Translations under genes and position numbers: made by a program
NCBI GenBank assembly: GCA_964537265.1
Contig: CAZHZE010000002.1
Location: 100,861-164,860 of the forward strand
From: an uncultured Gammaproteobacteria bacterium
GTDB lineage: Bacteria; Patescibacteriota; Patescibacteriia; Patescibacteriales; GWC2-42-12
Direction of reading: 5' to 3'
DNA length: 64,000 nt
Notes under the pieces: generated by a model
Databases searched by the model: none
Told to the model about the DNA's origin: nothing
What the model saw: the letters and a program-made list of their open reading frames with translations, nothing else
In this document: in pieces, positions 47,022 through 56,280 of the stretch
How positions within the stretch are numbered: the stretch's first letter is position 1
Layout: the number at the start of each line of letters is the position of its first letter

Positions 47022-48758
47022 ATGAATAAATCGGAAGAATTAATAAATTTATTAATTCAAAATAAATTAATTACAACTGAGCAGTTAGCTGAATTGAAAA
47101 AGAGCCCGAATTTTAATAATAATTCAGAAGAAATTATTATTAAAAGTGGCTTAGTTAATATTGAGGAAATAATAAATTTAAAAGCTAAGGTTTATAATTT
47201 AAATTATAAAAATTTAGCTGGAGTAAAAATTACTGATCAGGTTCTTAATGTAATTCCTCCGGAAGTAGCCGAGAATTATAAAATAATTTGTTTTGAAATA
47301 AGCAGCGGTAAAATGAAAGTAGGGATGATTGACCCGGAAAACTTCAAAGCTATTGAGGCTATAGATTTTTTAGCCAAAGATCAAAATTTACAGCCAGAAT
47401 ATTATTTAATCTCTTTAGTAAGTTTTAAAAATGCTTTAAAATTTTATAAAACTTTAGGCAAAGAAGTATCAAAGGCTTTAAAAACTAAAGAAGAAGAAGA
47501 AAATTTAGAAAAATCTAGAAAAAAAACTGAAAAAGAAGAGGTCGAAGAGGTAACTAAGTCTGCGCCAGTATCAAAAATAGTATCTGTAATTATTAGACAC
47601 GCGGTTGAAGGAAGAGCTTCTGATATACATATTGAGCCCATGCAAAACGAAAGCCGTGTTAGATATAGAATAGATGGCATTTTGCATAATTCTTTAGTTT
47701 TGCCCAAAACTGTTCATGGTGCTATTGTAGGCAGAATTAAAGTCTTGGCCAACTTAAAACTTGACGAAACTAGAATGCCACAAGATGGCAGAATCAGAAT
47801 AAATATCGATAATAAAGATATTGATTTAAGAATTTCAGTAATGCCTTTATTAGATGAAGAAAAAGTAGTGATGAGAATTTTAGATGTTAGCAAAGGGGCC
47901 CCGACTTTAGAAGAATTGGGTTTTATGGGTTCAGGGCTAAAAATAATAAAAAAGAATATAAAAAAAACAGATGGCATGCTATTAGTAACAGGACCGACTG
48001 GTTCTGGAAAATCAACTACTTTATTTTCTGTTTTAACCGGCCTAAATAAAGAAGGAGTTAATATTTCTACACTTGAAGATCCTATTGAATATTTTATACA
48101 AGGCATTAATCAATCGCAGGTCAAACCGGAAATTGGCTTTACTTTTGCTTCAGGCTTGCGTTCGCTTTTGCGCCAAGATCCTAATGTTATAATGGTAGGC
48201 GAGATTAGAGATAATGAAACAGCTGAATTAGGCATCCACGCTAGTTTGACCGGTCATTTTATGCTTTCTACTTTACACACTAACGACGCCTTAGGAGCTA
48301 TACCTAGACTTCTAGATATGGCCGTAGAGCCATTTTTGCTTGGCTCAACTTTAAATTGCATAGTAGCGCAAAGATTGGCTAGAAAAATTTGTGATAATTG
48401 CAAAGAGGAACATAAATTACCAGAAGATATTATAAGCGATATTAAAAAAGAGCTAGCTAAAACCCCGCCAGTAGCAATAAAAGAAATGATTCCGGATTTT
48501 GATTTAAAAAAAATAAAATTTTATAAAGGTAAAGGTTGTACTAATTGCGGTGGGATAGGTTATACCGGCAGAATCGCTTTAGTCGAAGTGCTTGATGTTG
48601 ATGACAAAATAAAAGAGCTTATTATAAATAAAGTTAATTTAACCATTGAGGATTTAGCAAAAAAACAAAATTTTATTACTATGAAGCAAGACGGCATATT
48701 AAAGGCTTTATTAGGCCTAACTACCATAGAAGAAGTTTTAAGAACGATACATATATAA
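47022..48758 (+). CDS. pilB: Type IV pilus assembly ATPase PilB (GspE family)
   Basis: It has Walker A (GPTGSGKST), Asp and His boxes and the tetracysteine motif (CDNC...CTNC) characteristic of GspE/PilB. It is 578 aa. Confidence 0.9.
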   Translation: MNKSEELINLLIQNKLITTEQLAELKKSPNFNNNSEEIIIKSGLVNIEEIINLKAKVYNLNYKNLAGVKITDQVLNVIPPEVAENYKIICFEISSGKMKVGMIDPENFKAIEAIDFLAKDQNLQPEYYLISLVSFKNALKFYKTLGKEVSKALKTKEEEENLEKSRKKTEKEEVEEVTKSAPVSKIVSVIIRHAVEGRASDIHIEPMQNESRVRYRIDGILHNSLVLPKTVHGAIVGRIKVLANLKLDETRMPQDGRIRINIDNKDIDLRISVMPLLDEEKVVMRILDVSKGAPTLEELGFMGSGLKIIKKNIKKTDGMLLVTGPTGSGKSTTLFSVLTGLNKEGVNISTLEDPIEYFIQGINQSQVKPEIGFTFASGLRSLLRQDPNVIMVGEIRDNETAELGIHASLTGHFMLSTLHTNDALGAIPRLLDMAVEPFLLGSTLNCIVAQRLARKICDNCKEEHKLPEDIISDIKKELAKTPPVAIKEMIPDFDLKKIKFYKGKGCTNCGGIGYTGRIALVEVLDVDDKIKELIINKVNLTIEDLAKKQNFITMKQDGILKALLGLTTIEEVLRTIHI

Positions 48759-48802
48759 TTTTATAATATTGATTTTAAAAAAGTTTTTTAATATTTTAAA
48801 AT

Positions 48803-49183
48803 ATGGCGAAAAATAAAATAAAAATTCTTTTAGTGGAAGACGATTCTTTTTTGCTTAGTATGTATGCTACCAAATTCGAGCTGGAAGATTTTAAAGTTGT
48901 TATGGCTGAAGACGGAGAAAAGGCGATTCGTTTAGCTACAAAAGAAATGCCGGACATAGTTCTTCTAGATATTCTGTTGCCTAAATTAGACGGTTTTGAA
49001 GTTTTACGTAAACTCAAAGAAAATTCCGAAACAGCCAAAATTCCGGTTATATTATTAACTAATTTGAGCCAAAAAGATGAAATAGAACAAGCCTTAAAGA
49101 TGGGTGCGGAAGATTATTTAATTAAAGCGCATTTTATGCCGTCAGAAGTAGTTGAAAAAATAAAAAAAATATTAAAGTTATAA
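48803..49183 (+). CDS. Stand-alone response-regulator receiver (CheY-like) protein
   Basis: It has the acidic pocket (EDD), the phospho-acceptor Asp (LLDILLP) and the conserved T and K (LLTNL ... K). There is no output domain. It is located between pilB and pilT. Confidence 0.85.
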   Translation: MAKNKIKILLVEDDSFLLSMYATKFELEDFKVVMAEDGEKAIRLATKEMPDIVLLDILLPKLDGFEVLRKLKENSETAKIPVILLTNLSQKDEIEQALKMGAEDYLIKAHFMPSEVVEKIKKILKL

Positions 49184-49186
49184 GGT

Positions 49187-49217
49187 TCATAAAATCATAA
49201 AGTCTAAAGTCATAATA
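49187..49217. repeat. Tandem 8-mer array TCATAAAR x4 in the spacer before pilT
   Basis: Read directly. Confidence 0.8.
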
Positions 49218-49258
49218 TTTTTATAGATTTTTAACTTTAAGATTTTAAACTAATTTTT

Positions 49259-50293
49259 ATGGAAGTTCCATCAATTTTTCTAAATAGAATACTTTCAGAA
49301 ATGGTTCAAAAAAGCGGTTCTGATTTGCATTTGGCCGTTGGCAGTCCGCCCATGGTTAGAATAAACGGTCAATTTTCAGCCATGGCTGGCCAGGATATGG
49401 TTACTAGTGAAATTATTAATAAAATTACCGAGACTTTTTTAAATCCGGAAGAAATAGTTAAATTAAAAGAGAAAAAAGGCATAATTTTTGTAAAAAATAT
49501 TTCTAATTTTCGTTTTAGAATAAATGTTTTTTATCAAAAAGGTTTGTTGGCTTTATCTTTCCATTATATTCCTGGCGTTATAAAAAGTTTTAAAGAATTA
49601 GGTTTAGTCGAGTCATGCAATAATTTTTTTCAAATGAATTCCGGTCTTTTAGTTGTGGCCGGGCCATATCATTCAGGTAAAACAACCACCGCGGTTTCTT
49701 TTATTGAGGAACTTAATAAAACTAAATTTTTAAATATTGTTACCATTGAAGATCCGATTGAATATTTATTTGTCAGTAAATCCAGCCTAATTATGCAAAG
49801 ACAGGTAGGCACAGATGTTAATAGTTTAAGCGAAGCTTTGGATTATTGTTTAAGCGAAGATGTTAACGTAGTTTATATTAATGAAATAAGAGATGTTAAA
49901 ATTTTTAGCGAAGCTATGCCAAAAATTTTTGAATTAGCTTCTGGTAACTGCTTAATCATATTAGAAATTAATGCTGATAGCTCAGAAAGGGTTTTAGAAA
50001 AAATTTTAGCCGGAGTTTCGACCAGCCTGCCAATTGAAGCGGCGCGTTATAATCTAGCTGATATTTTAAATGGCGTTTTAGTTAATAAATTAGTGAAACG
50101 TCGAGGCGGAGGTTTGGCTTTGGCCAATGAATTATTATTAAATAGTTCAGCCACCAAGTCTTTAATTCGAGAAGGCAAGATTTATCAATTAGAAAGCGTT
50201 ATTCAGACATCAAAGAAGGAAGGCATGATCAGCATGGAAAAATCTCTTAGCAATTTAATTGAGTCAGGCGAAGTTAGAAGGGAAGATATATAA
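49259..50293 (+). CDS. pilT: Twitching-motility retraction ATPase PilT-like
   Basis: It has the PilT N-terminal block (SDLHL.VG.PP..R.NG), a Walker A variant (GPYHSGKTTT) and a size of 344 aa. Confidence 0.8.
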   Translation: MEVPSIFLNRILSEMVQKSGSDLHLAVGSPPMVRINGQFSAMAGQDMVTSEIINKITETFLNPEEIVKLKEKKGIIFVKNISNFRFRINVFYQKGLLALSFHYIPGVIKSFKELGLVESCNNFFQMNSGLLVVAGPYHSGKTTTAVSFIEELNKTKFLNIVTIEDPIEYLFVSKSSLIMQRQVGTDVNSLSEALDYCLSEDVNVVYINEIRDVKIFSEAMPKIFELASGNCLIILEINADSSERVLEKILAGVSTSLPIEAARYNLADILNGVLVNKLVKRRGGGLALANELLLNSSATKSLIREGKIYQLESVIQTSKKEGMISMEKSLSNLIESGEVRREDI

Positions 50294-50295
50294 TT

Positions 50296-50330
50296 AATTT
50301 TCAATTTTAAATTATCAATTTTCAATTAAT
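50296..50330. repeat. Degenerate tandem 7-mer array of the AATTTTC family (x5), in the 40-nt spacer between pilT and pilC
   Basis: Read directly. It has the same unit as the array at 10021-10066. Confidence 0.8.
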
Positions 50331-50333
50331 GGT

Positions 50334-51539
50334 ATGCCAATTTTTAGATACAAAGCTTTTAATAAAGATAAAAAAATACAAGAAGGCATGGTTGAGGCGG
50401 TCAGCAAAGAATATGTGGGAGAAATTTTGGCTGAAAAAGGTTTTTCAATTGTTTCTATTTCTGAAGTTTCTTCAGGTAAAAAATTATTAAATTTAGATTT
50501 TTTAAATAGAATAAAGATAAAAGACATAGTTATTTTTTCTCGACAATTTTCAGTTTTGATTTCAGCTAATGTTTCCATGGTGCAGGCATTAAAGATATTG
50601 GTTGATCAGACTAATAATATAAATTTGAAAATGATAATTTCCGAAGTGGCCGATGAAGTTGATTCCGGCTCAACCCTATCTGAATCTTTAGGAAAAAGGA
50701 GCAATGTCTTTGATAATTTTTATGTAAGCGTTATAAAGTCTGGAGAAACTTCCGGGAAACTGGATGAAGTATTAAGTTATTTGGCTGATGAAATGGAAAA
50801 AGATTATGATATGATGAGTAAGATTAAGGGAGCTATGATTTATCCGGCTTTTGTTTTAGCCTCTTTATTAGTAGTTGGTATAGTTATGATGATTTTTGTT
50901 GTACCAAAGCTTACCGGGATTTTAACAGAGAGCGGAGCAGCTTTACCCATAACGACAAGAATTTTAATAGGCACTTCCGATTTTATGCAAAAATATTGGT
51001 GGGTAATTATTATAATAGCAGCGAGCTTAATTTTTGCTTTTAAATGGTATGTTAAAAAACCTCAGGGTAGAAAGCAAATTGATAATTTAAAATTAAAATT
51101 GCCAATTTTTGGGCGTCTATTCCAATTAATTTATTTAGTTCGTTTTACTCGTTCTATGAATACTTTAATTGTCGGCGGCGTGACTATAGATAATAGTTTA
51201 AAAGTTACAGCTGAAATAGTGGGAAATAAAATTTATCAGGAATTAATAGAAGAAACAGTTAAAGAAGTTGAGGATGGCAATTCAATTTCCAGCGTTTTTA
51301 TTAAAAGCAAAGCCATACCTAAAATGGTTTCGCAGATGTTAAATATCGGAGAAAAAACCGGTAAGATGGATATTATTTTAGAAAGAATAACAAATTTTTA
51401 TGGCAGAGAGATTTCCAATATGGTAGCTAATTTAATGACTTTGATGGAGCCTTTAATAATGGTGGTCATGGGTATAGCTGTAGGTATTATGGTAGCGGCA
51501 GTAATTTTGCCTATGTATAATTTAGCCAGTAATTTTTAA
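50334..51539 (+). CDS. pilC: Type IV pilus platform protein PilC (GspF family)
   Basis: It has two GspF repeats with three TM segments. Its size (401 aa) and its context after the ATPases fit PilC. Confidence 0.9.
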   Translation: MPIFRYKAFNKDKKIQEGMVEAVSKEYVGEILAEKGFSIVSISEVSSGKKLLNLDFLNRIKIKDIVIFSRQFSVLISANVSMVQALKILVDQTNNINLKMIISEVADEVDSGSTLSESLGKRSNVFDNFYVSVIKSGETSGKLDEVLSYLADEMEKDYDMMSKIKGAMIYPAFVLASLLVVGIVMMIFVVPKLTGILTESGAALPITTRILIGTSDFMQKYWWVIIIIAASLIFAFKWYVKKPQGRKQIDNLKLKLPIFGRLFQLIYLVRFTRSMNTLIVGGVTIDNSLKVTAEIVGNKIYQELIEETVKEVEDGNSISSVFIKSKAIPKMVSQMLNIGEKTGKMDIILERITNFYGREISNMVANLMTLMEPLIMVVMGIAVGIMVAAVILPMYNLASNF

Positions 51540-51558
51540 TAATTAATTTTAAATAACT

Positions 51559-52035
51559 ATGCAACAAAAAAAACAAAATTTAAAAGGTTTTACTTTAATT
51601 GAACTTTTGGTGGTAATTAGTATTATCGGCATTTTATCTTCTTTGGCTGTAGTTTCGCTTAATAGCGCTAGAAATAAAGCTAGAGATGCATTAAGAAAAG
51701 CCGATATGGCCCAAATGAGAACCGCCTTAAATTTGTATTATGACAGCACTACTCGTTATCCTATTTGCGGTACATGGGATGATGCCGCTGCTGATTTTGG
51801 AGCTAATGTTAGCGCCGGTTCAGCCTGCTATATTGGTGCTTTTAAAACAGCTTTAACCACTGGCTCAAAACCATTTTTAGGGCAATTACCTAAAGATCCA
51901 AAAAATCCAAACAATGATCCGGCCGTTGATTCTACTTATATCTATCGTTATGTTAGCAAGTCTGATGGAAGTGAGTATGCTTTAGTTTATCGCGTTGAAG
52001 AAAATACGAGCTTACAGGTTATAAGAGGTTGGTAA
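51559..52035 (+). CDS. Type IV pilin (prepilin with class III signal)
   Basis: The protein has the KGFTLIELLVVISIIGIL N-terminus with the G-1/F+1/E+5 prepilin peptidase site. Confidence 0.85.
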   Translation: MQQKKQNLKGFTLIELLVVISIIGILSSLAVVSLNSARNKARDALRKADMAQMRTALNLYYDSTTRYPICGTWDDAAADFGANVSAGSACYIGAFKTALTTGSKPFLGQLPKDPKNPNNDPAVDSTYIYRYVSKSDGSEYALVYRVEENTSLQVIRGW

Positions 52036-52185
52036 TGCAAAATTTTAATTTTTGTGGTATAATTGTGGATAAGTACAATCATGCGCTTGCTAAGCGCTAT
52101 TGTAAATATAATTTATAATTTCACGATTAAATTCCCATGCTTGTCTTTGGGCATATATTCGTGCATACCAGAAGGGAGGTGAATC

Positions 52186-52599
52186 ATGAGAAAACAAAAA
52201 GGTTTTACTTTAATTGAATTATTAGTGGTTATTGCCATTATTGGTTTGTTGTCAACTTTAGCTGTAGTAGCTTTAAATAACGCCAGAATGAAATCAAGAG
52301 ATGCTAAACGCGTTTCTGATGTAAAGCAGATTCAAACAGCTTTGGAGTTATATTATAATGACCAAAACGCTTATCCGGCTTCATTAGGAACTTCAATCGC
52401 TGCTGGCGGTGTTACTTATATGGCTAGCGTTCCTACTAATCCATCTCCGGAAAATGATGGTGACTGCCCAGATGCAGGAACTTATAATTATACAGCCGGA
52501 ACCGGTAATACTACCTATACTTTATCTTATTGTTTAGGCGGTACTACTGGGGGAGTGAATTCAGGCACTCATACCGCAGTACCAGGCAGTATCCAATAA
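52186..52599 (+). CDS. Type IV pilin (prepilin), probable major pilin
   Basis: It has the KGFTLIELLVVIAIIGLL N-terminus. A strong GGGAGG SD and a long 5' UTR lie upstream. A clean terminator follows the stop. Confidence 0.85.
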   Translation: MRKQKGFTLIELLVVIAIIGLLSTLAVVALNNARMKSRDAKRVSDVKQIQTALELYYNDQNAYPASLGTSIAAGGVTYMASVPTNPSPENDGDCPDAGTYNYTAGTGNTTYTLSYCLGGTTGGVNSGTHTAVPGSIQ

Positions 52600-52634
52600 T
52601 AAAAATCTTTAAAAGGGTCCTATTAAGGGTTTAT

Positions 52635-52668
52635 AAAAAAGAGCGGGTTATATATCCCGCTCTTTTTG
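52635..52668 (+). terminator. Rho-independent terminator after the pilin gene (gagcggg-ttatatat-cccgctc followed by a T5 run)
   Basis: Read directly. Confidence 0.6.
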
Positions 52669-52715
52669 TAAAGTATTATTTATAATGGTAAAATTAATAT
52701 ATCTTTTTCAATAAT

Positions 52716-55025
52716 ATGAATAAAGAAAAGATTTTAAAAATTTGCGGCTTATTTATTGAATATGGAATTTTATCTATAGTTTTTTTTGTTCCTATGATTT
52801 TTGATTATAGTTTTACCAGCTATAATTGCTTTGATCTTTATAAAGTAATTTTTTTTAGGGTAGTTTTATTTTTAATTCTGATTGCTTTTATTGTTAAAAT
52901 TTTTATAAAAGAAGAATTTATTTATCGTGGCAGCTTTAAAATTTTTTTATTAATTGGATTTTTATTGACATCATTTTTTATTAGTTCTTTTTTTTCTCTT
53001 GACCCCAACCAAAGTTTTTGGGGAAATTTTTTAAGGCAACAAGGTTTTTATAATTTCTTTTGTTATTTGTTATTTTTTGTTTTATTAATATTAAATATTG
53101 AAAATTACAAGCAGATTAAAAATTTAATTTTAGCAGTAGTTTTTTCATCATTTTTTATTTCATCTTACGGCTTAATCCAATATGTAGGGCTCGATCCTTT
53201 CGTTTGGTCGGAAAGCGCTTTTAAATCGGGTAGAATTTTTTCCAACCTGGGGCAGCCTAATTTTTTAGGCCATTGGTTAATAATTGTTTTACCGCTTACT
53301 TTTTATTCGCTGATTTTTATAGCTAAAAAAAATTTGGCAAAGTTTTTTATAGGTTTGGTTTTATTAATGCAATTAATTTGTTTAATTTTTACTTATTCTC
53401 GGGCTGCTTGGTTGGGTTTTTTGGGCGCGATTATTTTTTTAATTATTTTTTGGTTATTTTATAAAGGATTTAAAAAAATCTTTTTTACTTTTATAGGTTT
53501 TTTATTAGTTTCTTTTATTTTTATTATTGCCTGGAACGTAGTTGTTAAAAATAAGCAATTTTCACCTGACGGCGCTGGTATAATTAATCGTCTTCAAAGC
53601 ATAGTTGAATTTAACAGCGGGTCTAATAAGATGAGACTTTATTATTTAAAATCGGCTGTTGAGGAGATAAAAAAGGAAAATTATCAGAGATTAATAATAG
53701 GTTATGGGCCGGAAGTTTTAGCCGATGTTTTTATAAATTATTATAAAATTGATTGGGGTGTATATGAGTCAATTAATAGTTTTCCCGATCGAGCTCATAA
53801 TTGGCTGTTTGATAAAATTTTAGCCTTAGGATTTTTGGGTTTGGCCGTTACTTTAGTTTTTTATATCTATCTAATTTATAAGGGCATTATTTTTTTACTG
53901 GCTAAAAAACATTTACAGCCAGAAGATTGGTTGGTGGTGTTTTTATTTTCTTCCCTGGTCGCTTACTTTATAAATAATTTATTTAGCTTTTCTTTATTTA
54001 CGGTTTTAATCTATTTGCATTTTATTTTAGCAGTTTATTGGATCATAATAAGCCGTGAAACAGAAATTAAAATTTTTAGAATTAAACTAACATTTTTTTC
54101 CAAGATAGTAATTTTTTGTTCATTAATTTTAGCAGCGGGCGTTTTTATTTATACTAAAAACATAAATCAAGTTAGGGCGGAAATTTATTATATTAAAGCC
54201 TTAAATTCGGTTAAATCTTCTAATTGTGCCGGCTTAATTAATAATATGGAAAAAGTTATGGGCATAGATCCAAAAAATTATTATTATCGTGAAAATTATC
54301 TTTTTTTAATGTTTAATTGTTTTTCTAGTATTAATAATAAATCAATTCAAAAACAATTAAGCGATAATATGCTTTATAACATAAATTTATTTAGTGATAG
54401 AAAAACTTATGGTATTTTACATAATACTGCTCGTATCTACAGCTTGTTAGGATCGCATCTTAATAAAGATTATTATTTTGAAGCGGAAAGAATATATAAT
54501 TATTTAATAAAAATGTTTCCTTATTTTACCGGAGTTTATGAGGATTTGGCTAAGCAAAAAATAGCGCAAGAAGATTATATTGGCGCTGTGGAAGTTTTAA
54601 ATAAAGAATTAAAAATTTTACCTTCGATTAATGATTCTTATTTAAATGAACAACATCGCCAACAAATTATATATATTATTGTTAGATTATATGAGAATTT
54701 GGGCCAAGCTTATTTTAAGATGAAAAATTATGATTTAGCTTTTGAAGCCTATGACCAGGGTTTAAAATTAGATCCTTACAGAGCGACTTTGTATAAAAAT
54801 ATTGCCGACATTTATTATTTACGAAATCAATTAGACGAGGCTATTAAATTAAATCAGCGAGGCTTTATGTTAAATCCGTCTGATTATCATTGGCCGTTGG
54901 CTCTATCACTTTTATATCGCGATAAAAAGGATTTGCAAACTGCAAAAGAATATTTAAATAAAGCTTTAGAATTGGCGCCGGACAATAAGGAATTAAAAAA
55001 ATATCAAGAAGAGTTAAATAAATGA
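52716..55025 (+). CDS. O-antigen ligase (Wzy_C/WaaL)-family polytopic membrane protein with C-terminal TPR repeats; candidate pilin O-glycosyltransferase
   Basis: It has about 12 TM helices with the Wzy_C-like periplasmic loop region (YSRAAWLGFLGAII). A C-terminal soluble domain of about 250 aa carries TPR-like repeats (LGQAYFKMKNYDLAFEAYDQGLKLDP ...). It is located between the pilin genes and pilD. Confidence 0.7.
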   Translation: MNKEKILKICGLFIEYGILSIVFFVPMIFDYSFTSYNCFDLYKVIFFRVVLFLILIAFIVKIFIKEEFIYRGSFKIFLLIGFLLTSFFISSFFSLDPNQSFWGNFLRQQGFYNFFCYLLFFVLLILNIENYKQIKNLILAVVFSSFFISSYGLIQYVGLDPFVWSESAFKSGRIFSNLGQPNFLGHWLIIVLPLTFYSLIFIAKKNLAKFFIGLVLLMQLICLIFTYSRAAWLGFLGAIIFLIIFWLFYKGFKKIFFTFIGFLLVSFIFIIAWNVVVKNKQFSPDGAGIINRLQSIVEFNSGSNKMRLYYLKSAVEEIKKENYQRLIIGYGPEVLADVFINYYKIDWGVYESINSFPDRAHNWLFDKILALGFLGLAVTLVFYIYLIYKGIIFLLAKKHLQPEDWLVVFLFSSLVAYFINNLFSFSLFTVLIYLHFILAVYWIIISRETEIKIFRIKLTFFSKIVIFCSLILAAGVFIYTKNINQVRAEIYYIKALNSVKSSNCAGLINNMEKVMGIDPKNYYYRENYLFLMFNCFSSINNKSIQKQLSDNMLYNINLFSDRKTYGILHNTARIYSLLGSHLNKDYYFEAERIYNYLIKMFPYFTGVYEDLAKQKIAQEDYIGAVEVLNKELKILPSINDSYLNEQHRQQIIYIIVRLYENLGQAYFKMKNYDLAFEAYDQGLKLDPYRATLYKNIADIYYLRNQLDEAIKLNQRGFMLNPSDYHWPLALSLLYRDKKDLQTAKEYLNKALELAPDNKELKKYQEELNK

Positions 55026-55074
55026 ATTTTAATTACTAATTTTTAATATTTAAATATTATTTAAAAATTATTTT

Positions 55075-55845
55075 ATGCCTATAATTTTAATTTTCATCTT
55101 TGTTTTCGGTCTTATTATTGGCTCTTTTTTAAATTGTTTAATTTGGCGTTTGCATAAAAAAGAAAGTTTGATGGGCCGGTCCTATTGCCCGAAATGCAGA
55201 AAAAATATTGCTTGGTATGATAATATTCCGGTTTTAAGTTTTATGGCCTTAGGTGGCCGTTGCCGCCATTGTAGAGAAAAAATATCCTGGCAGTATCCTT
55301 TGGTGGAATTAATAACCGGCATTTTATTTTTAATGGTTTTTTATTTTAATTATCAATCACCAATTACCAATTACCAATTATTAATTAATATTTTACGTGA
55401 TTGGTTTATAATTGCTGTGATGATTGTTATTTTTATTTATGATTTACGCTGGTATTTGATTTTAGATATAGTAACTTTACCGGCTTGTTTTATTATTTTT
55501 GTTTTAAATTTAATATTAGGTTTTAATTTGTGGAATTTACTAATTTCTGGTATAATAGGAGGTAGCTTTTTCTTAATTCAATTTGTTATTTCTAGCGGAA
55601 AATGGATTGGCGGAGGCGATATAAGGCTGGGGTTACTTATAGGTCTAGCTTTAGGTTGGCCAGGAGTTTTAACAGCGATAATTATTTCTTATTTTATAGG
55701 CTCAATCGTCGGCTTAGGTTTAATAGCGGCCGGCAAAAAACAGTGGGGTTCAGAAGTGCCTTTGGGAATTTTTTTAACCGTAGGCGCAATTATTACTTTA
55801 TTTTGGCAAATGCAAATTTTAAATTGGTATTTTAATATATTTTAA
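55075..55845 (+). CDS. pilD: Prepilin peptidase (A24 family) PilD
   Basis: It has the N-terminal zinc-binding tetracysteine (CPKC...CRHC), multiple TM helices and a conserved Asp-containing block (GGGDIRLGLLIG). Confidence 0.85.
   Translation: MPIILIFIFVFGLIIGSFLNCLIWRLHKKESLMGRSYCPKCRKNIAWYDNIPVLSFMALGGRCRHCREKISWQYPLVELITGILFLMVFYFNYQSPITNYQLLINILRDWFIIAVMIVIFIYDLRWYLILDIVTLPACFIIFVLNLILGFNLWNLLISGIIGGSFFLIQFVISSGKWIGGGDIRLGLLIGLALGWPGVLTAIIISYFIGSIVGLGLIAAGKKQWGSEVPLGIFLTVGAIITLFWQMQILNWYFNIF
55360..55387 (+). repeat. Tandem 7-bp units (ccaatta x3, ttaatta) in-frame inside pilD, encoding PITNYQLLIN
   Basis: Read directly. It is in the same codon phase as the arrays in uvrD-like and recG. 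Confidence 0.8.
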
Positions 55846-55854
55846 TTATTTAAT

Positions 55855-56259
55855 ATGACTCCTAAAAAAGCTATTATAATTATTGCAGCTTTATTTTTAG
55901 TTATAACTATTATTTTTTCCGCGCTATATTTAAGTCAGAAATTTTTTATAAATAAGACTAAATTGCCTAATAATAACGTAGGAGAACTTTCTTCAGCACA
56001 GCAAAAAATTAAAGAAATAGAAAATAAAACCAATCAACAAGTTGAGCAAATAATTGAACAAAATCAAACTCCGTCAGGAGGAGTTACTCCTGAAGGTCAA
56101 AGGCAGATAGAGGAGGCAATAAATCAGGAAATTAATGAAAAAATAGAATTAAAGACGCCGGAAGAAATAGCCGCTGATCAAAAAGCCAAGGAAGAATTGC
56201 AAAAATTGCAAGATGAAATTAATGCCCAAATTAAAAAAGAATTAGAATCTAAAAAATAA
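55855..56259 (+). CDS. Small N-terminally anchored coiled-coil protein
   Basis: A TM helix is followed by a Gln/Glu/Lys-rich coiled coil. It lies immediately upstream of the tail-fiber-like gene. Confidence 0.5.
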   Translation: MTPKKAIIIIAALFLVITIIFSALYLSQKFFINKTKLPNNNVGELSSAQQKIKEIENKTNQQVEQIIEQNQTPSGGVTPEGQRQIEEAINQEINEKIELKTPEEIAADQKAKEELQKLQDEINAQIKKELESKK

Positions 56260-56280
56260 ACATATTTTTAACTAAAATAT

